Source of the DNA: Mobula hypostoma
Lineage: Eukaryota
Assembly: GCF_963921235.1 (NCBI RefSeq)
Contig: NC_086097.1
Location: 123,072,001 to 123,136,000, forward strand
DNA length: 64,000 nt
Reading direction: 5' to 3'
Both the position numbers and the translations under genes were made by a program. Shown here one piece after another: positions 1 to 12,037 of the stretch. Under the pieces are notes generated by a model, which saw nothing but the letters and a program-made list of their open reading frames with translations, was not told where the DNA came from and ran no database searches. The first letter of the stretch is position 1, and the number at the start of each line of letters is the position of its first letter.

Positions 1-165
1 GGGATGCCAAGAGACAATCCTAGTCCAAAGTCAAGGCCCGGAGCAGCCATAAATTGTGGCAGCATCTGTATTCCAGAATGGGCTACACAAAGAAGTTAGG
101 CAGCATTGACGACAACAGTGCATCCCTTCCCGATGAGCTTAAAGCATTCTATGTATGGATAGAAT
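1..165 (+). mobile_element. Decayed Rex-Babar-type LINE ORF fragment
   Basis: Resembles the Rex-type segment at ~17780-17990 (...LWQGLHAI...SLPDELKAFY...); frameshifted. Confidence 0.5.
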
Positions 166-378
166 GTACAGAAGAGAATTGGGATGTCACCAATCACAAA
201 ACAAGGTGCTCTCGGTTGGTTTATTAATCCTTTTATTTCAGATCCCTCAGCAAGCAGTGACCCAATTACCACAAGCAGTTCATCATTCAAAATTTGCAGC
301 GATTATCGAAAACGAGAGCAGTCAGCTCAATCTCTCCCGACAAAGGCACATTCTCACAGACAGCGGCAGCAATAATCA

Positions 379-399
379 ACACACACACACACACACACA
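379..399. repeat. (AC)n microsatellite
   Basis: About 10 AC units seen directly. Confidence 0.95.
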
Positions 400-590
400 T
401 GAAATCCAGAGTAAATACACAATTTACAGGAGGAGCTCTGCAGGTAAGGCAGCCTCTATGGAGAACAACAAAGTGTTAATGTTTCAGGCCAAGACCCTTC
501 ATCAGGACCTCAGCCCAAAATGTCAACTCTTTATTCCTGTCCATTGATGCTGCTTGACCTGTTGGGTTTCATTCGCATTTAGTGTGTGTA
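400..590. mobile_element. Palindromic Penelope-terminus-derived element (decayed hammerhead arms)
   Basis: Left arm ...GTTTCAGGCCAAGACCCTTCATCAGGAC, right arm CAGCCCAAAATGTCAAC...GATGCTGCTTGACCTG...GTGTGTGT; arms are roughly reverse complements. Confidence 0.75.
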
Positions 591-959
591 ATTCAATATA
601 TGCAATTAAATGTTCATAATGTGACATTATAAACAGCTGCTTTGTGTACTAGCACTAAAGAAAACCGTGTAAACAGATACCCAAACACTCCTGTATTGCA
701 TAAGGCAAACAAGGACCAAACATACAGATGCAGTGTCAAGACAGCATTGGATTCTACCATCAGTGGCAATGTGAAAATGCTCCCTGCTAACATTGAAGAA
801 GTATGCCCTTAAAGATTTTTTTTCTCTCTATGATATGGGTTTCCCCTTTCTTGACTTTGATTGCTGTCAGAAACCAGGTTCCTGATGACCAGCAATAGTG
901 ATGTCATCAGGCCAGTAAATGAGGCAATCAATTTGAAGATTTTTCATACAGAACAAACG

Positions 960-1400
960 AAGAATAGAAGGTCATCCGTTTAGAACAGAGATGAGGAGGA
1001 ATTTCTTTAGCCAGACGGCGGTGGATCTGTGAAATTCATTGCCACGGATGGCTGTGGAGGCCAAGTCATTGGGTAGATTTAAAGCAGAGGTTGAAACTCA
1101 TGGTTTCCTTACTGGTAACATGCTATGGTGGAACCTTATTTTGAGGGAGGGTGGGATTAGAAGTTTCAATGGTAATGGTTGTAGGGCATGAACCAACAGA
1201 TTAAATGGTTATGGTAGAGAATGAGAAATGGCAGTTTCAATCATGGTGACTGGCTGGTCTGGTTCTTGATTAGTAAGAGTGTCAAAGGTTACCAGGAGAA
1301 GGCAGGAGAACAAGGTTGAGAGGGTTAATTAATCAGCCATGATGGAACGGCAGAGCGAATACAATGGGCCAAATGGCGTAATTTTGCTCCTACGTCTTAT
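960..1400 (+). mobile_element. CR1 (HER1-like) LINE 3' end, interrupted at ~1094-1262 by an unclassified repeat
   Basis: GAGATGAGGAGGAATTTCTTTAGCCAGA...GGCCAAATGGC...TGCTCCTACGTCTTATGGTC, typical elasmobranch CR1 3' terminus. Confidence 0.8.
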
Positions 1401-2011
1401 GGTCATATGGTCTAAATCAGCAAATAAAAGCAAAAGTTTTAAATACTTTGTTAAACAATTTACAAATCACCAGTTTGAAACTGGAACTCTCGGGGAATCA
1501 AGGCTCATAGCTCTGGTGACCTAGATTCAATTCTGTCCTTGTATATTCTCTCTGTCACTGTGTCAGTTTCCTCCCACATGTTAAAGATGTATAATATAAA
1601 GATAGTATAATTGAAAGTAAAAAAAAACACTTCAGCTGCTGAAAATATTACATCAATAGAAAGAAAGTGCTGGACACGCTGAGCAAGTCAGACAAAGCAC
1701 CTATGGAAAGAGAAACAAAGTTGACTTTGAAGATCTCAACCCTCTATAACTTAAAATAACTTTTTTTTTGCTTTCTTTTCCTGTTCTCTTGAAGGGTCTT
1801 TGTGATGAAATGGTAACCCCACCTGATCTAATGAATGTTTCCAGTATTTTCTGCTCTTATTTCTAATGGGATAATTGCACCATTTTTGTAAGCTTGAAGT
1901 AGCAAGAGTCAAAGGAGGGTTGATGGGTATGTGAGAACAAGCTGCAAAGACACTGATAGAAAATAGTGCAGCACAGGAGCAGGACTTTTGGCCCATGGTA
2001 TTTGCTGAAGT

Positions 2012-2330
2012 AACACACACTAAATGCTGGAAGAACTCAGCAGGTCAGGCAGCATCTATGGAAGGGAATAAACAGTCGATATTTTGGGCCCAGACCCTTC
2101 ATCAGGACTCTTCATGTTTGCCAAACTAATTTTACTAGTCCAACTAAACTAATCCTTTCCATTCTCTGCACATCCATGTGCCTATCCTGTGAGTCCTGAT
2201 GAAGGGTCTCTGCTCAAAATAATGACAGCTTATTCCCCTCCATAGATGCTACCTGACCTGCTGAGTTCATCCAGTATTTTGTGTGTGTGTGTTGCTCAAG
2301 ATTTCCAGCATCTGCAGAATCTCTTGTGTA
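2012..2330. mobile_element. Palindromic Penelope-terminus element with ~80-bp spacer
   Basis: Inverted arms ACACACAC...GACCCTTCATCAGGACTC / GAGTCCTGATGAAGGGTC...GTGTGTGT. Confidence 0.8.
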
Positions 2331-2577
2331 TATCATGAGCCTATCTAAGAGTCTCTTCAATACCTCTAATATTAGTTGCCTCCACCATCACCCCTGGCAG
2401 TGCATTTCAGGCACCCACCACCCTGTGTTTAAAAAAAAACTTTCCATGCACATTTTTGATTTTAGCACAATTCATGGCTCCTGATATTAGACATTCCCAT
2501 GCTGGGAAAAAAATACTGACAACCTGCTCTATCTATGTCTCTCATAGTCATATAAACCTCTATCAGATCTCCCACAG

Positions 2578-2885
2578 GCCATAAGACATAGGAGCAGAAT
2601 TAGGCCATTTTGTGGCAATGAATTCCACAGATTCACCACCCTCTGGCTAAAGAAATTCATCCTTATTTTTACTGTAAAGGGATGTTCTTGAATTCTGAGG
2701 CTGTGGCTATTATCTTAGACTCCCTGACTATAGGAAACATCCTCTCAACTTCCACTGCATCTGGGTCTTTCAATATTCAATAGGTTTCAATGAGATCCTC
2801 CCTCATTCTTCTAAACTCCAACAAGCACAGGCACAGAGCCATCAAACATTCCTCATGCATTAACCCTTTCATTTCCTGGGATCTG
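2578..2885 (-). mobile_element. CR1 (HER1-like) 3' fragment
   Basis: CCATAAGACATAGGAGCAGAATTAGGCC tail; same family at ~14417, 42960, 53310, 56765, 59157, 63478. Confidence 0.8.
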
Positions 2886-3232
2886 CCACTCAAGAAAGAA
2901 CAACCCCAGTTTGTCCATCCTCTCCTAGGAGCACATACCCTCTACCCCGGGCTGCAGTAAGGTAAATTCTTCTGTACCCTCTTGAAAGCTTCCACATCCT
3001 TCCTCGAACGAGGTGACAAGAACTAAATGCAATGCTCCAAAGAGTTTAGAGAAATGGGAGGAGGCAAATGAGACTAGTGGGATTGTTCCCATGAGAGGTG
3101 AAAAGGACAATGGTCAAATGGCCTCTTTCTGTATTGGTACAAGATAATTTGAGTGCTGTACTTCTAGCTTTCTCCTGCCCTCAGACTCACCCTAACTCTA
3201 TCCTAATCTTTGTCCCTCTTCTGAAAGCCTCC

Positions 3233-3625
3233 GTTGTGCCAAATGCCCAAAATGTGCTACTTGCCATTCTTCTTATATGCAGCGTATATGTTGATCTATG
3301 GCCCCAGGCTCAGTCGAGCCAGTTCGGATAGTGAAGGAGATGCTGAGATCAGCAGTTTCTATAGTGATGGTAGGGGAGTTGCAGAAAATTCAATCATAGT
3401 TTTTGATAGCGACAGTAGGGGTAGATGGCCATTATCAGTTTCAAAAGAAATGGAAAGGGACTAAAACTCACAATTTCATTATTGGTGACAGGTTATGGTG
3501 GAACCTTATTTTCAGGGAGGGTGGGACTAGAATTTTTACAATGGCTGGGGGACAGGGATCGAAGGATGAAATGGTGATGGTAGAGAATGAGAAATGGCAG
3601 TTTCAGTTGTGGTGACTGGTTGGTC
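3233..3625. repeat. Unclassified dispersed repeat (other copies 1094-1262 same orientation, ~30510-30935 inverted)
   Basis: Shared blocks such as TATGGTGGAACCTTATTTT.AGGGAGGGTGGGA and GGTAGAGAATGAGAAATGGCAGTTTCA. Confidence 0.7.
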
Positions 3626-4092
3626 AGGTTGTTGATTAGTAAGAGTGTCACAGGTTACAGAGAAGGAAGGAGAGCCATGATAGAATGGCGGAGCAGAATT
3701 GGTGGGCTGAATGACCTAATTTTGCCTCCATGTCTTATGTTCCCATTGGCATTCAGGTCTCTAGCATTTTTATAAGAGCATTGTACAAGCTGTCATTAGA
3801 AACAAGCAGGACCTTTAAATCTCACAATAAAACCATAATCTCCTTCCACTTTACCCACTGCCATTACAACTACAGCAAACAAATCAGTGTTGGGAAATTT
3901 GTAACTGCAGTAATATCAGGAAAAGGCACTGCTTTTACTCCATCCTAATCTTTGTCCCTCTTCTGAAAGCCTCCTTGCTTTTCAAGGGTATTACAGGTTT
4001 ATTAACAGCAAATAGTTAATAGATGTATTGCTTCCAAATATAATAACCAAAGGAAAATCCCTTTAATATGTTGGATGGAGGGCAACCCAATG

Positions 4093-4760
4093 TTCAGATT
4101 CAGATTTATTTATTTATCACATGTACATTGAAATACACAGTGGAATACATCATTTGTGTTGACAACCAACACAACTGAAGGAGGTGCTGGGGGCAGCCCG
4201 CAAGTGTCGCCACACATTCTGGCACCAACATAACATGCTCACAATACTCGGTAGAACAACACAGAACACAACAGGCAACAAAGCAACAGCAGCAAAATAA
4301 GCCCTGTTCCTCCCTCTCACCCACAGTCCTCCAACCCCAGAGCAGGATGCCTCCAGCCTCCAGAGGACTCACAGACTCGGGGCTCTAGCCTTCGAGCTTC
4401 AACTGCTGGACTTTGGATTGACTGTCAGGCTTGCATCTTCAGTATTGACCCACCAGGACTCACCGAAGGCAACGAATAAGGACCCTGAACTCTAGGCCTT
4501 GAACTCTGAACTCTCTGATAACTAGGACCCCGAACACTGGGCTTCAGACTTCAATCCTGTCGATTTGGGTATCTAGGGGGTCACCTCCTGCTGGAACCTG
4601 CCGAGGACTCAGTAACTTGGGGGAGCCACCAGCCCTCATCCCCGACATATGACCAAGGAAATCTTCCATCCCATGTCCCCATCGCTGGTTGCTGAGTGCG
4701 GAATGTGAAGAGCGAAGCAGAAGACTAGACTCCAGCCTGAAATCTGACTCCCCCACATCC
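4093..4760 (-). mobile_element. Non-autonomous LINE-tailed retroelement (related copies ~10688-10920, ~40930-41480)
   Basis: (CAGATT)n tail followed by the shared block GTGCTGGGGGCAGCCC.CAAGTGT. Confidence 0.6.
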
Positions 4761-5189
4761 TTGCCCTGAACCCTAAGTTGACTTATAACTTACTGTAACC
4801 TTTTTTCAATTAATGAATAAGATTACAGCACATCTCCTGGGCAGCATCCCTTTAATATTCTATTTTTCTGTAGTACCTGAAAAATGCAGCCAGCTAAAGC
4901 CCCACACAATATGATATGATTATTGGATTATTGAAACAACAGACTCCGATATTATTTCATTGATTTGTTGAAGCAGTTGACATTCACGGCTGGGGGCAAC
5001 TGAGTGCCTCTGTAATCCAATGCTACAGTTGTATAGATGATACAAATCCCTCTATGTGGCACTAGTCCAGTGCAACAGAGTAGAAAACTGGAAAATTTTG
5101 CAAGCACCAAATAGAAAAGTGACTGGATATAAATATGTATTAGCTACTAAACATTCAGATTTTAGCATACAGCAAGTTGCTTTCACTCA

Positions 5190-5775
5190 TAAACACCAGA
5201 GATTCTATAGTTGCTAGAAACCCAGAATCCCCATTCCCACTCCGACATCCTGATCAATGGCCTCCTCAACTGCCACAAGGCTTCTTTCCGGTTGAGGAGC
5301 AACATCTTGTATTCCAGGTAGCCTTCAACCTGACAGCATCAACATCAACTTCTCTAACTTCCGATAATTTCCCTCCTCCTCCTTCCCTCTTGTTCCCTTC
5401 TTAACTGTCTGTATCTTGTTTTACGGCGGTTGGCATCCAGCTTAATGGTGCATTACCGCCACCCCCTTCTTAACTCTTCTCTTCACCTGCTTATCACCTC
5501 CCTGTGCTGCCCCTCCTCCACCCCTTTCTCCCATGGTGCATTCTCCTCCTATCAGATTCCTTCTTCCTCAGCACTTTAGCTCTTCCACCTATCATCTGCC
5601 AGCTTTTCACTTCGTCTCCCTCCCCCACCCACCTGGCTTCACTTATCACCTTCTAGCTTGTACTTTCCCTGCCCCACCTGCTGAACCAGATTAGTTTCTT
5701 TCCCCTTCCTTTCCAGTCCTGATGGAAGGGTGTGGACAAAAACAACCTTCCATAGATGCAGGCTGAACAGTTGAG
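5190..5775 (+). mobile_element. Penelope-like element 3' region (ORF end, pyrimidine-rich tail, decayed hammerhead)
   Basis: GAGGAGCAACATCTTGTATTCC...CTTCAACCTGACAGCATCAACATCAACTTCTCTAACTTCCG, then CAGTCCTGATG. Confidence 0.75.
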
Positions 5776-5877
5776 TTTAATCTCCTCCTTTCACTTATAA
5801 ACTTTCAAATCTCATCCAATAGCAGAGGAATTACAAGATACTTGACCTTCTTTACAGGGCCTCTGCCCCGTCCCTCT

Positions 5878-5917
5878 TCAGTCCTGACGAGGGGTTCTGA
5901 CCCGAAACGTTGACTGA
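5878..5917 (+). ncRNA. Minimal type-I hammerhead ribozyme motif (Penelope terminus), intact core
   Basis: UCAGUC-CUGACGA-G-GGGUU(CU)GACCC-GAAA-CG-UU-GACUGA: 6-bp helix I, CUGANGA/GAAA core, ACGU palindromic helix III. Confidence 0.75.
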
Positions 5918-5984
5918 TCGTTTCTACGGATGCTGCTCGACCTGCTGAGTTCCTCCAGCGTGTTGTGAGCACAGCACAAGATAC

Positions 5985-8030
5985 TTGGTCTCCTCTAAGG
6001 GGGCACCCCTTATATTCTTAGGGGCCTTTTCTAAATCCGCAACACTCCTCTGGCTCAGAAGTCCTATATATCTCCTGCTTGCTTCCCTTTACATCTGGAG
6101 GTTTGCCTCCAAGAACCTTGGTCTCAAACAATTAGTAAAAATGTTATTCGCTTTTCTCAGTTTCCACCATCTCTGCAACCTTTTCTCAAAATGAGGCTTT
6201 CCATTCTGGAACGCCTGAGACCTCCTTCCAAGACCGAAGTTCCCCTTCCTCTACCATCGATATTGACGAATAGGTAAGGCTCATTTTCATTGACTACAGA
6301 TCTGCCTTTAATACCATCATTCCATATAAACTGATTCCTAAGCTCTGGAACCTGGGCCTTAGCACTCAGATCTGCAGCTGGATCTTCAGTTTCCTCACAG
6401 ACAGGACCCAGGCTGTAAAAATAGGAGACAAGCTCTCCTCTACAATCACTCTGAGCACTGGTGTCCCACAAGGCTGTGTACTCAGCCCCCTGCTGTACTC
6501 ACTGTACACCCATGATTTTGTAGCCAAGTTTCCATCAAACTCAATATATAGGTTTGCTGATGACACAACAATTGTAGGCCGTATCTCGGGTAATGATGAA
6601 TTTGAGTACAGAGAGGAAATTAAGAATCTGGTGGCATGGTGCGAAGACAATAACCTATCCCTCAACATCAGTAAGACGAAGGAATTGGTTGTTGACTTCA
6701 GAAGGAGTAGCGGACCGCACGACCCAATTTACATCAGTGGTGCGCAAGTGGAACAGGTCGAAAGCTTTAAGTTCCTCGGGGTCAATATCACAAATGACCT
6801 GACTTGATCCAACCAAGTAGAGTTCACTGCCAAGAAGACCCACCAGTGCCTTTACTTCCTGAGAAAACTAAAGAAATTTGGCCTGTCCCCTAAAACCCTC
6901 ACTAATATTTATAGATGCACCGTAGAAAGCATTCTTCTAGGGTGCATCACAACCTGGTATGGAAGTTGTCCTGTTCAAGACCGAAAGAAGCTGCAGAAGA
7001 TCGTGAACATGGCACAGCACATCACACAAACCAATCTTCCGTCCTTGGACTCACTTTATACCGCATGCTGTCGGAGCAGTGCTGCCAGGATAATCAAGGA
7101 CACGACCCACCCAGCCAACACACTTTCCGTCCCTCTTCCCTCTGGGAGAAGGTTCAGGAGCTTGAAGACTTGTACGGCCTGATTTGGGAATAGGTTCTTT
7201 CCAACTGTGATAAGACTGCTGAACGGATCCTGACCCAGATTTGGGCCGTACCCTCCAAATATCTGGAGCTGTCTCTCGGTTTTTTTGCACTACCTCACTT
7301 TCCATTTTTCTACTTTCTACTTATGATTTATAATTTAAATTTTTAATATTTACCAATTTTTACTATTTATAATATTTAATATTTGTAATCCAGGGAGCGG
7401 GGAGCGCAGAATCAAATATCGCTGTGACGATTGTACGTTCTAGTATCAATTGTTTGGCAACAATAAAGTATAAAGTATAAGTATTGCACCCACCTGTATC
7501 TCCTCCATTTCCCAGACATCCACCCTCACTCCATCTTCTCACAGCATTAATAGGGATAGAGTTCCTCTTGTCCTCACTTACCACACCATGAGCCTACTCA
7601 TCCAACACATCATTTTTCAAAACTTCAGTCATCTTCAACAGGATCTACCACCAAATACATCTTTACCAACCACCACCCCCCCCTCACTTCCCACTTTGTA
7701 TAGGAATCCTCTGTGATTTCTTTCTCCACTTGTCCCTCCCCAGTGATTTCACTCTTGGCATCTATCCCTGCAAGCAGGACAAGTGCTACATCTGCCTATT
7801 CATCTCCTCCTCACTACCGATCAGAGCCCCAAACATTCCTTCTAGGCGAGACTACACTTTACCTGCAAGTCTGTCAGGGTCATTTACTGTATCCGATGTT
7901 CCTGGTGCAGCCCCATCTATATCGGTGAGACCTGACATAAATTGGAGGACAGCTTTTTCAAGCACCTTCTGTCTATCTGCAACAGCGAGAACTTCCCACT
8001 GGTCAACCATTTTAACTCCACTCCCTAAGG
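5985..8030 (+). mobile_element. Decayed Penelope-like ORF (RT C-terminus to GIY-YIG) split by the Rex insertion
   Basis: 5' part ...GAGGCTTTCCATTCTGGA... continues after 7485; 7770-8020 has Cys-rich linker (CKQDKCYIC) and VIYCIRC..YIGET-like GIY-YIG remnants, homologous to 18588-19058. Confidence 0.75.
6274..7483 (+). mobile_element. 5'-truncated Rex-Babar LINE; RT/thumb pseudo-ORF 6274-7233 with two in-frame stops
   Basis: Continuous frame [17 protein letters not shown]...[19 protein letters not shown]...YRFADDTT...LPSGRRFRS...FFPTVIRLLN; TGA at 6805 and 7180; (AAAGTAT)n tail. Confidence 0.9.
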
Positions 8031-8770
8031 ATAGAGATCCCCTTTTCCCTGATTACTGAAATTGTGGAATCCTCCCCTTAAACCCCCCCTAGCTCCATTT
8101 ATTATTTGATGAACTTTTATTTTCAAATGTCCTTCTGTAACTACTTAGATAAATGCACTCATCTCGAAGATTAGCAGGAGCAGAAGGTATTGTTTAAATA
8201 GCAGATATTGTTGTCTCTGCAGGGTTCCGATCAGCCTTCCAATAAATATACATTTAGTGGCCACTTTATTAGGTACATCTGTACACCTGCACATTAACAC
8301 AAATATCTAATCAGACAATCATGTGGCAGCAACTCAATGCATAAAAGCAAGCAGACATGGTCAAGAAGTTTAGCTGCTGCTCAGACCAAACAGCAGAATG
8401 GGGAAAAATGTGATCTGCGTGACTTTGACTGTAGAATGACTATTAGTGCCAGACAGGAGACTGCTGATCTCCTGGGACTTTCACACACAACACACTCTGC
8501 AGTTTACAGATGATGGTGCGAGAAACAAAAAACCCCCAGTGAGCAGGAATTCTGTGGGCAAAAATGCCTTGTTGATGAGAGACATCAGAGGAGAATGGCC
8601 AGACTGGTTCAAGCTGACAGAATCAGATTCAAAGTCAGGTTTAATATCACTGGCATATGTCATGAAATCTGTTAACTTTACGGCAGCAGTACAATGAAAT
8701 ACATGATAAATAAATATAGAGAAACTGTCACATTAAGTATATATCTATTAAACAGGTAAGTGAAAATAAG

Positions 8771-9332
8771 CAACACACATCAAAGTTGCTGGTGAACGCA
8801 GCAGGCCAAGCAGCATCTATAGGAAGAGGCGCAGTCGACGTTTCAGGCCGAGACCCTTCGTCAGGACTAACTGAAGGAAGAGTGAGTAAGGGATTTGAAA
8901 GCTGGAGGGGGAGGGGGAGATGCAAAATGATAGGAGAAGACAGGAGGGGGAGGGATAGAGCCGAGAGCTGGACAGGTGATAGGCAGAAGGAGATACGAGA
9001 GGATCATGGGACAGGAGGTCCGGGAAGAAAGACAAGGGGGGGGGGGTGACCCAGAGGATGGGCAAGAGGGACAGAGGAACAGAGGGACAGAGGAAGAAAA
9101 AGGAGAGTGAGAGAAAGAATGTGTGCATAAAAAAGAGTAACAGATGGGGTACGAGGGGGAGGTGGGGCCTAGCGGAAGTTAGAGAAGTCAATGTTCATGC
9201 CATCAGGTTGGAGGCTACCCATACGGAATATAAGGTGTTGTTCCTCCAACCTGAGTGTGGCTTCATCTTTACAGTAGAGGAGGCAGTGGATAGACATGTC
9301 AGAATGGGAATGGGATGTGGAATTAAAATTAA
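8771..9332 (-). mobile_element. Young Penelope-like 3' fragment with 13-bp TSD
   Basis: TSD AAGTGAAAATAAG at 8758-8770 and 9333-9345; ORF end, pyrimidine-rich tail (minus strand) and terminal hammerhead motif. Confidence 0.85.
8832..8869 (-). ncRNA. Minimal type-I hammerhead ribozyme motif, intact core with GUC triplet
   Basis: Minus strand UAGUC-CUGACGA-A-GGGUC(UC)GGCCU-GAAA-CG-UC-GACUG. Confidence 0.8.
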
Positions 9333-12037
9333 AAGTGAAAATAAGTAGTGCAAAAACATCAGTAAAACAACTTGTGAGGTGGTGTTTATTCGTTCAATGT
9401 CCATTTAGAAATCGGATGCCAGAAAGGAAGAAGCTGTTCCTGAATCGCTGAGTGTGTGCCTTCAGGCTTCTGTACCTCCTTCCTGATGGTAACAATGAGA
9501 AGGGGGCATGTCCTGGGTGGTGGGGGTCCTTAACGATGCATGCTGCATTCCTAAGGCACCACTCCTTGAAGATGTCTTGGATACTACGGAGACTGGTACC
9601 CATGATGGAGCTGACTAATTTTACAACTTTCAGTAACTTACCCCCTCCCCTCCATACCGGACAGTGATGCAGCCAGTCAGAAGGCTCTCCACAGTACATC
9701 CGTACAGGTTTTAGAGTGTTTTAGTTGACAAACAAAATCTCCTCAAACTCCTAATAAAATACTGTATAGCTGTGTCTTGCCTGTAACTCGAATAACCACA
9801 CATTACAACAGTGGTCTGCAGAAGAGCATCTCTGAATACACAACAGGTTGAATCTTGAAGTGGATGTGCTACAGCAGCAGAAGACCATGAACAGCCAGCC
9901 AATGGCCACTTTATTAGGTACAGGAGATACCTCATACAAGTTGCCACTGTGTGTAAGTATCTAATCTATCATCCAGTTTCTTTGCCCTTGTGTTTTTGGA
10001 CATTCTATCCAACAACTTGTCTTACACATAAGCAGGAGTGGGTCCCATTTTTAGCCGTGGCTTTGTGCTGTGTTGATAGGCCTGGGAGAGACTTGTGTTC
10101 CTGCAATTAATTGTTGTTAGATGGTTGCAAGTGAGAAGGTTACAAATATGGACACTATATAACAACGAATGGGGTCAGATTTAACTTTGGATGATGGAAA
10201 ATGAGCAAAGGTGATACAGGTAGACTTACAGTACTACAATGTTTTTGAACAAGATTCTTATGAAAATGGGTATCTGAATCAGAGAGTATTATTTGAAGTC
10301 ATCAATTCTGCCACTCGGCACTCAAATATTTGTACACAAGCACAAGCCTGGACTTTCCCAGAAAACGGCAGAGCAGCAAATATACTGTAGGTCATTCCCT
10401 GCTACAAACCAGCTCGTAATTCTGACACTCATTGTGATACTTACCTCTTTAATCTCAGTTCCTGATCAATCTCCATGTGTGATATTACTACTTTTGTTAG
10501 TATATTTGTCTTCATAAATATCTCAGTTGATCCCACATTTTAAACAAAACGTTCCTTGGAAGTTATCCTACATGTTTAGCTTCTTAGTTCTAGTTTTAAG
10601 AATATGTTCGCATATCACCTTCCTTGTGATAAAATTTCATATTTGAGTTAATTGTTCATTCTATTCAATATTTTCAGCTTTAGACTGAGATTCAGATTCA
10701 GATTTATTAAGCACATATACATCGAAACATAGAGTGAACTGCGTCATCTGTGTTAACAACCAATACACTCAAGGATGTGCTGGGGGCAGCCCACAAGTGT
10801 TGCCAAATATGCCCACCATGCTCGGCAGAATGAAACAGGATACACCAAGCGACAAAGCAACAATGAAACAAGCCTGTTTCTCCCCACCCCCACCCCCCTA
10901 CCCACGCATACACACAGTCCACTAACCACAGGACAGTTACTATTGAAAACTAAGATTTGGTCCTCTTCAAAATGCTGGCTATTTTGCATGTAGAACAAGT
11001 GCTTCAGCTTTTTTCCTCCCCCCTCAGTGCTGAATCAATATCCTAAAATGTTTAATTTAACACAAGTGCCTGCCTCTTGTTAGCGAGCCAGTTCCCCACA
11101 TGCTCAAGGAGGGTCTCTCCAATACAACAGCTTTAATTTTAGCTGGCAATCATCTTTGAAGGTGATTATGAAATTTGCATTTGAAGTTCACAGTGGCCTA
11201 ATTCTGCTCCTGTGTCTTATGGTGCTCTAACAAGCAAATGACTTTATCAAAGAACGATCAGGTTAATTAGAGGCAGCTTAAGATTCAAGATTGCTTATCG
11301 TCATTCTTCTGTACACGCAGGTAAAGGAGAACAAAATAGTTGTAACTCCAGATCTGATGCAGCATAAAAGTACTCAATAAACATAAAGAACGCAATGAAA
11401 AACACAATCAGATATAAATATAAACGCAATCTTACAAAACACAATGTACTGTTATACACATAGACTGATTATATATCCATCAAGTGCCACAGGGTGATGC
11501 ACATGTAGTGTTAATGTGTGGAGCTGTTGATTAGTCTGATGGCTTGGGGGGAGTAACTGTATTAGAGTCCAGTGTTCCTGCTGTGGATGCTGCATAGCCT
11601 CGTCCCTGATGGGAGCGTGGCAACCTTCACAAATGCACAATGACTCATCCAAACAGCGGTGGTCTTGTATGGATGATGTACTGGGTAGTTAGCAGTTCTT
11701 ATGCTTCATCAAGTAGACCTTTGCTGGATTATGTATTATATGGAAATAAATGATGTGTATGTATATGTGTCCACGGAGAGTGTAACACAGTGGCTGAATA
11801 AACCAAACCCTAGTCTCCTATCAGCTCCCTGAGCAGAAACATCACAACTGGCGTTGAAGGCTGGAGACCAACAAAAAAGAGATAACGGGGCAATAGAAAA
11901 TAAAAGCAAACTCTTTGAATGCATCAGAATGAGGTTTAATATTGCTGCCGTATGTTGTGAAATTTGTTGTTTTGTAGCAGCAGTAAATTGCAGTACATAA
12001 TAGGAACTACTATAAATTACAGTAATATTTATAATAG

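Larger units (their letters stand above)
8251..9953 (+). mobile_element. Tc1-family internal-deletion derivative, interrupted by Rex and Penelope insertions
   Basis: TIR-like AGTGGCCACTTTATTAGGTAC; remnants of the transposase N-terminus (MGK.CDL.DFD...). Confidence 0.75.
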
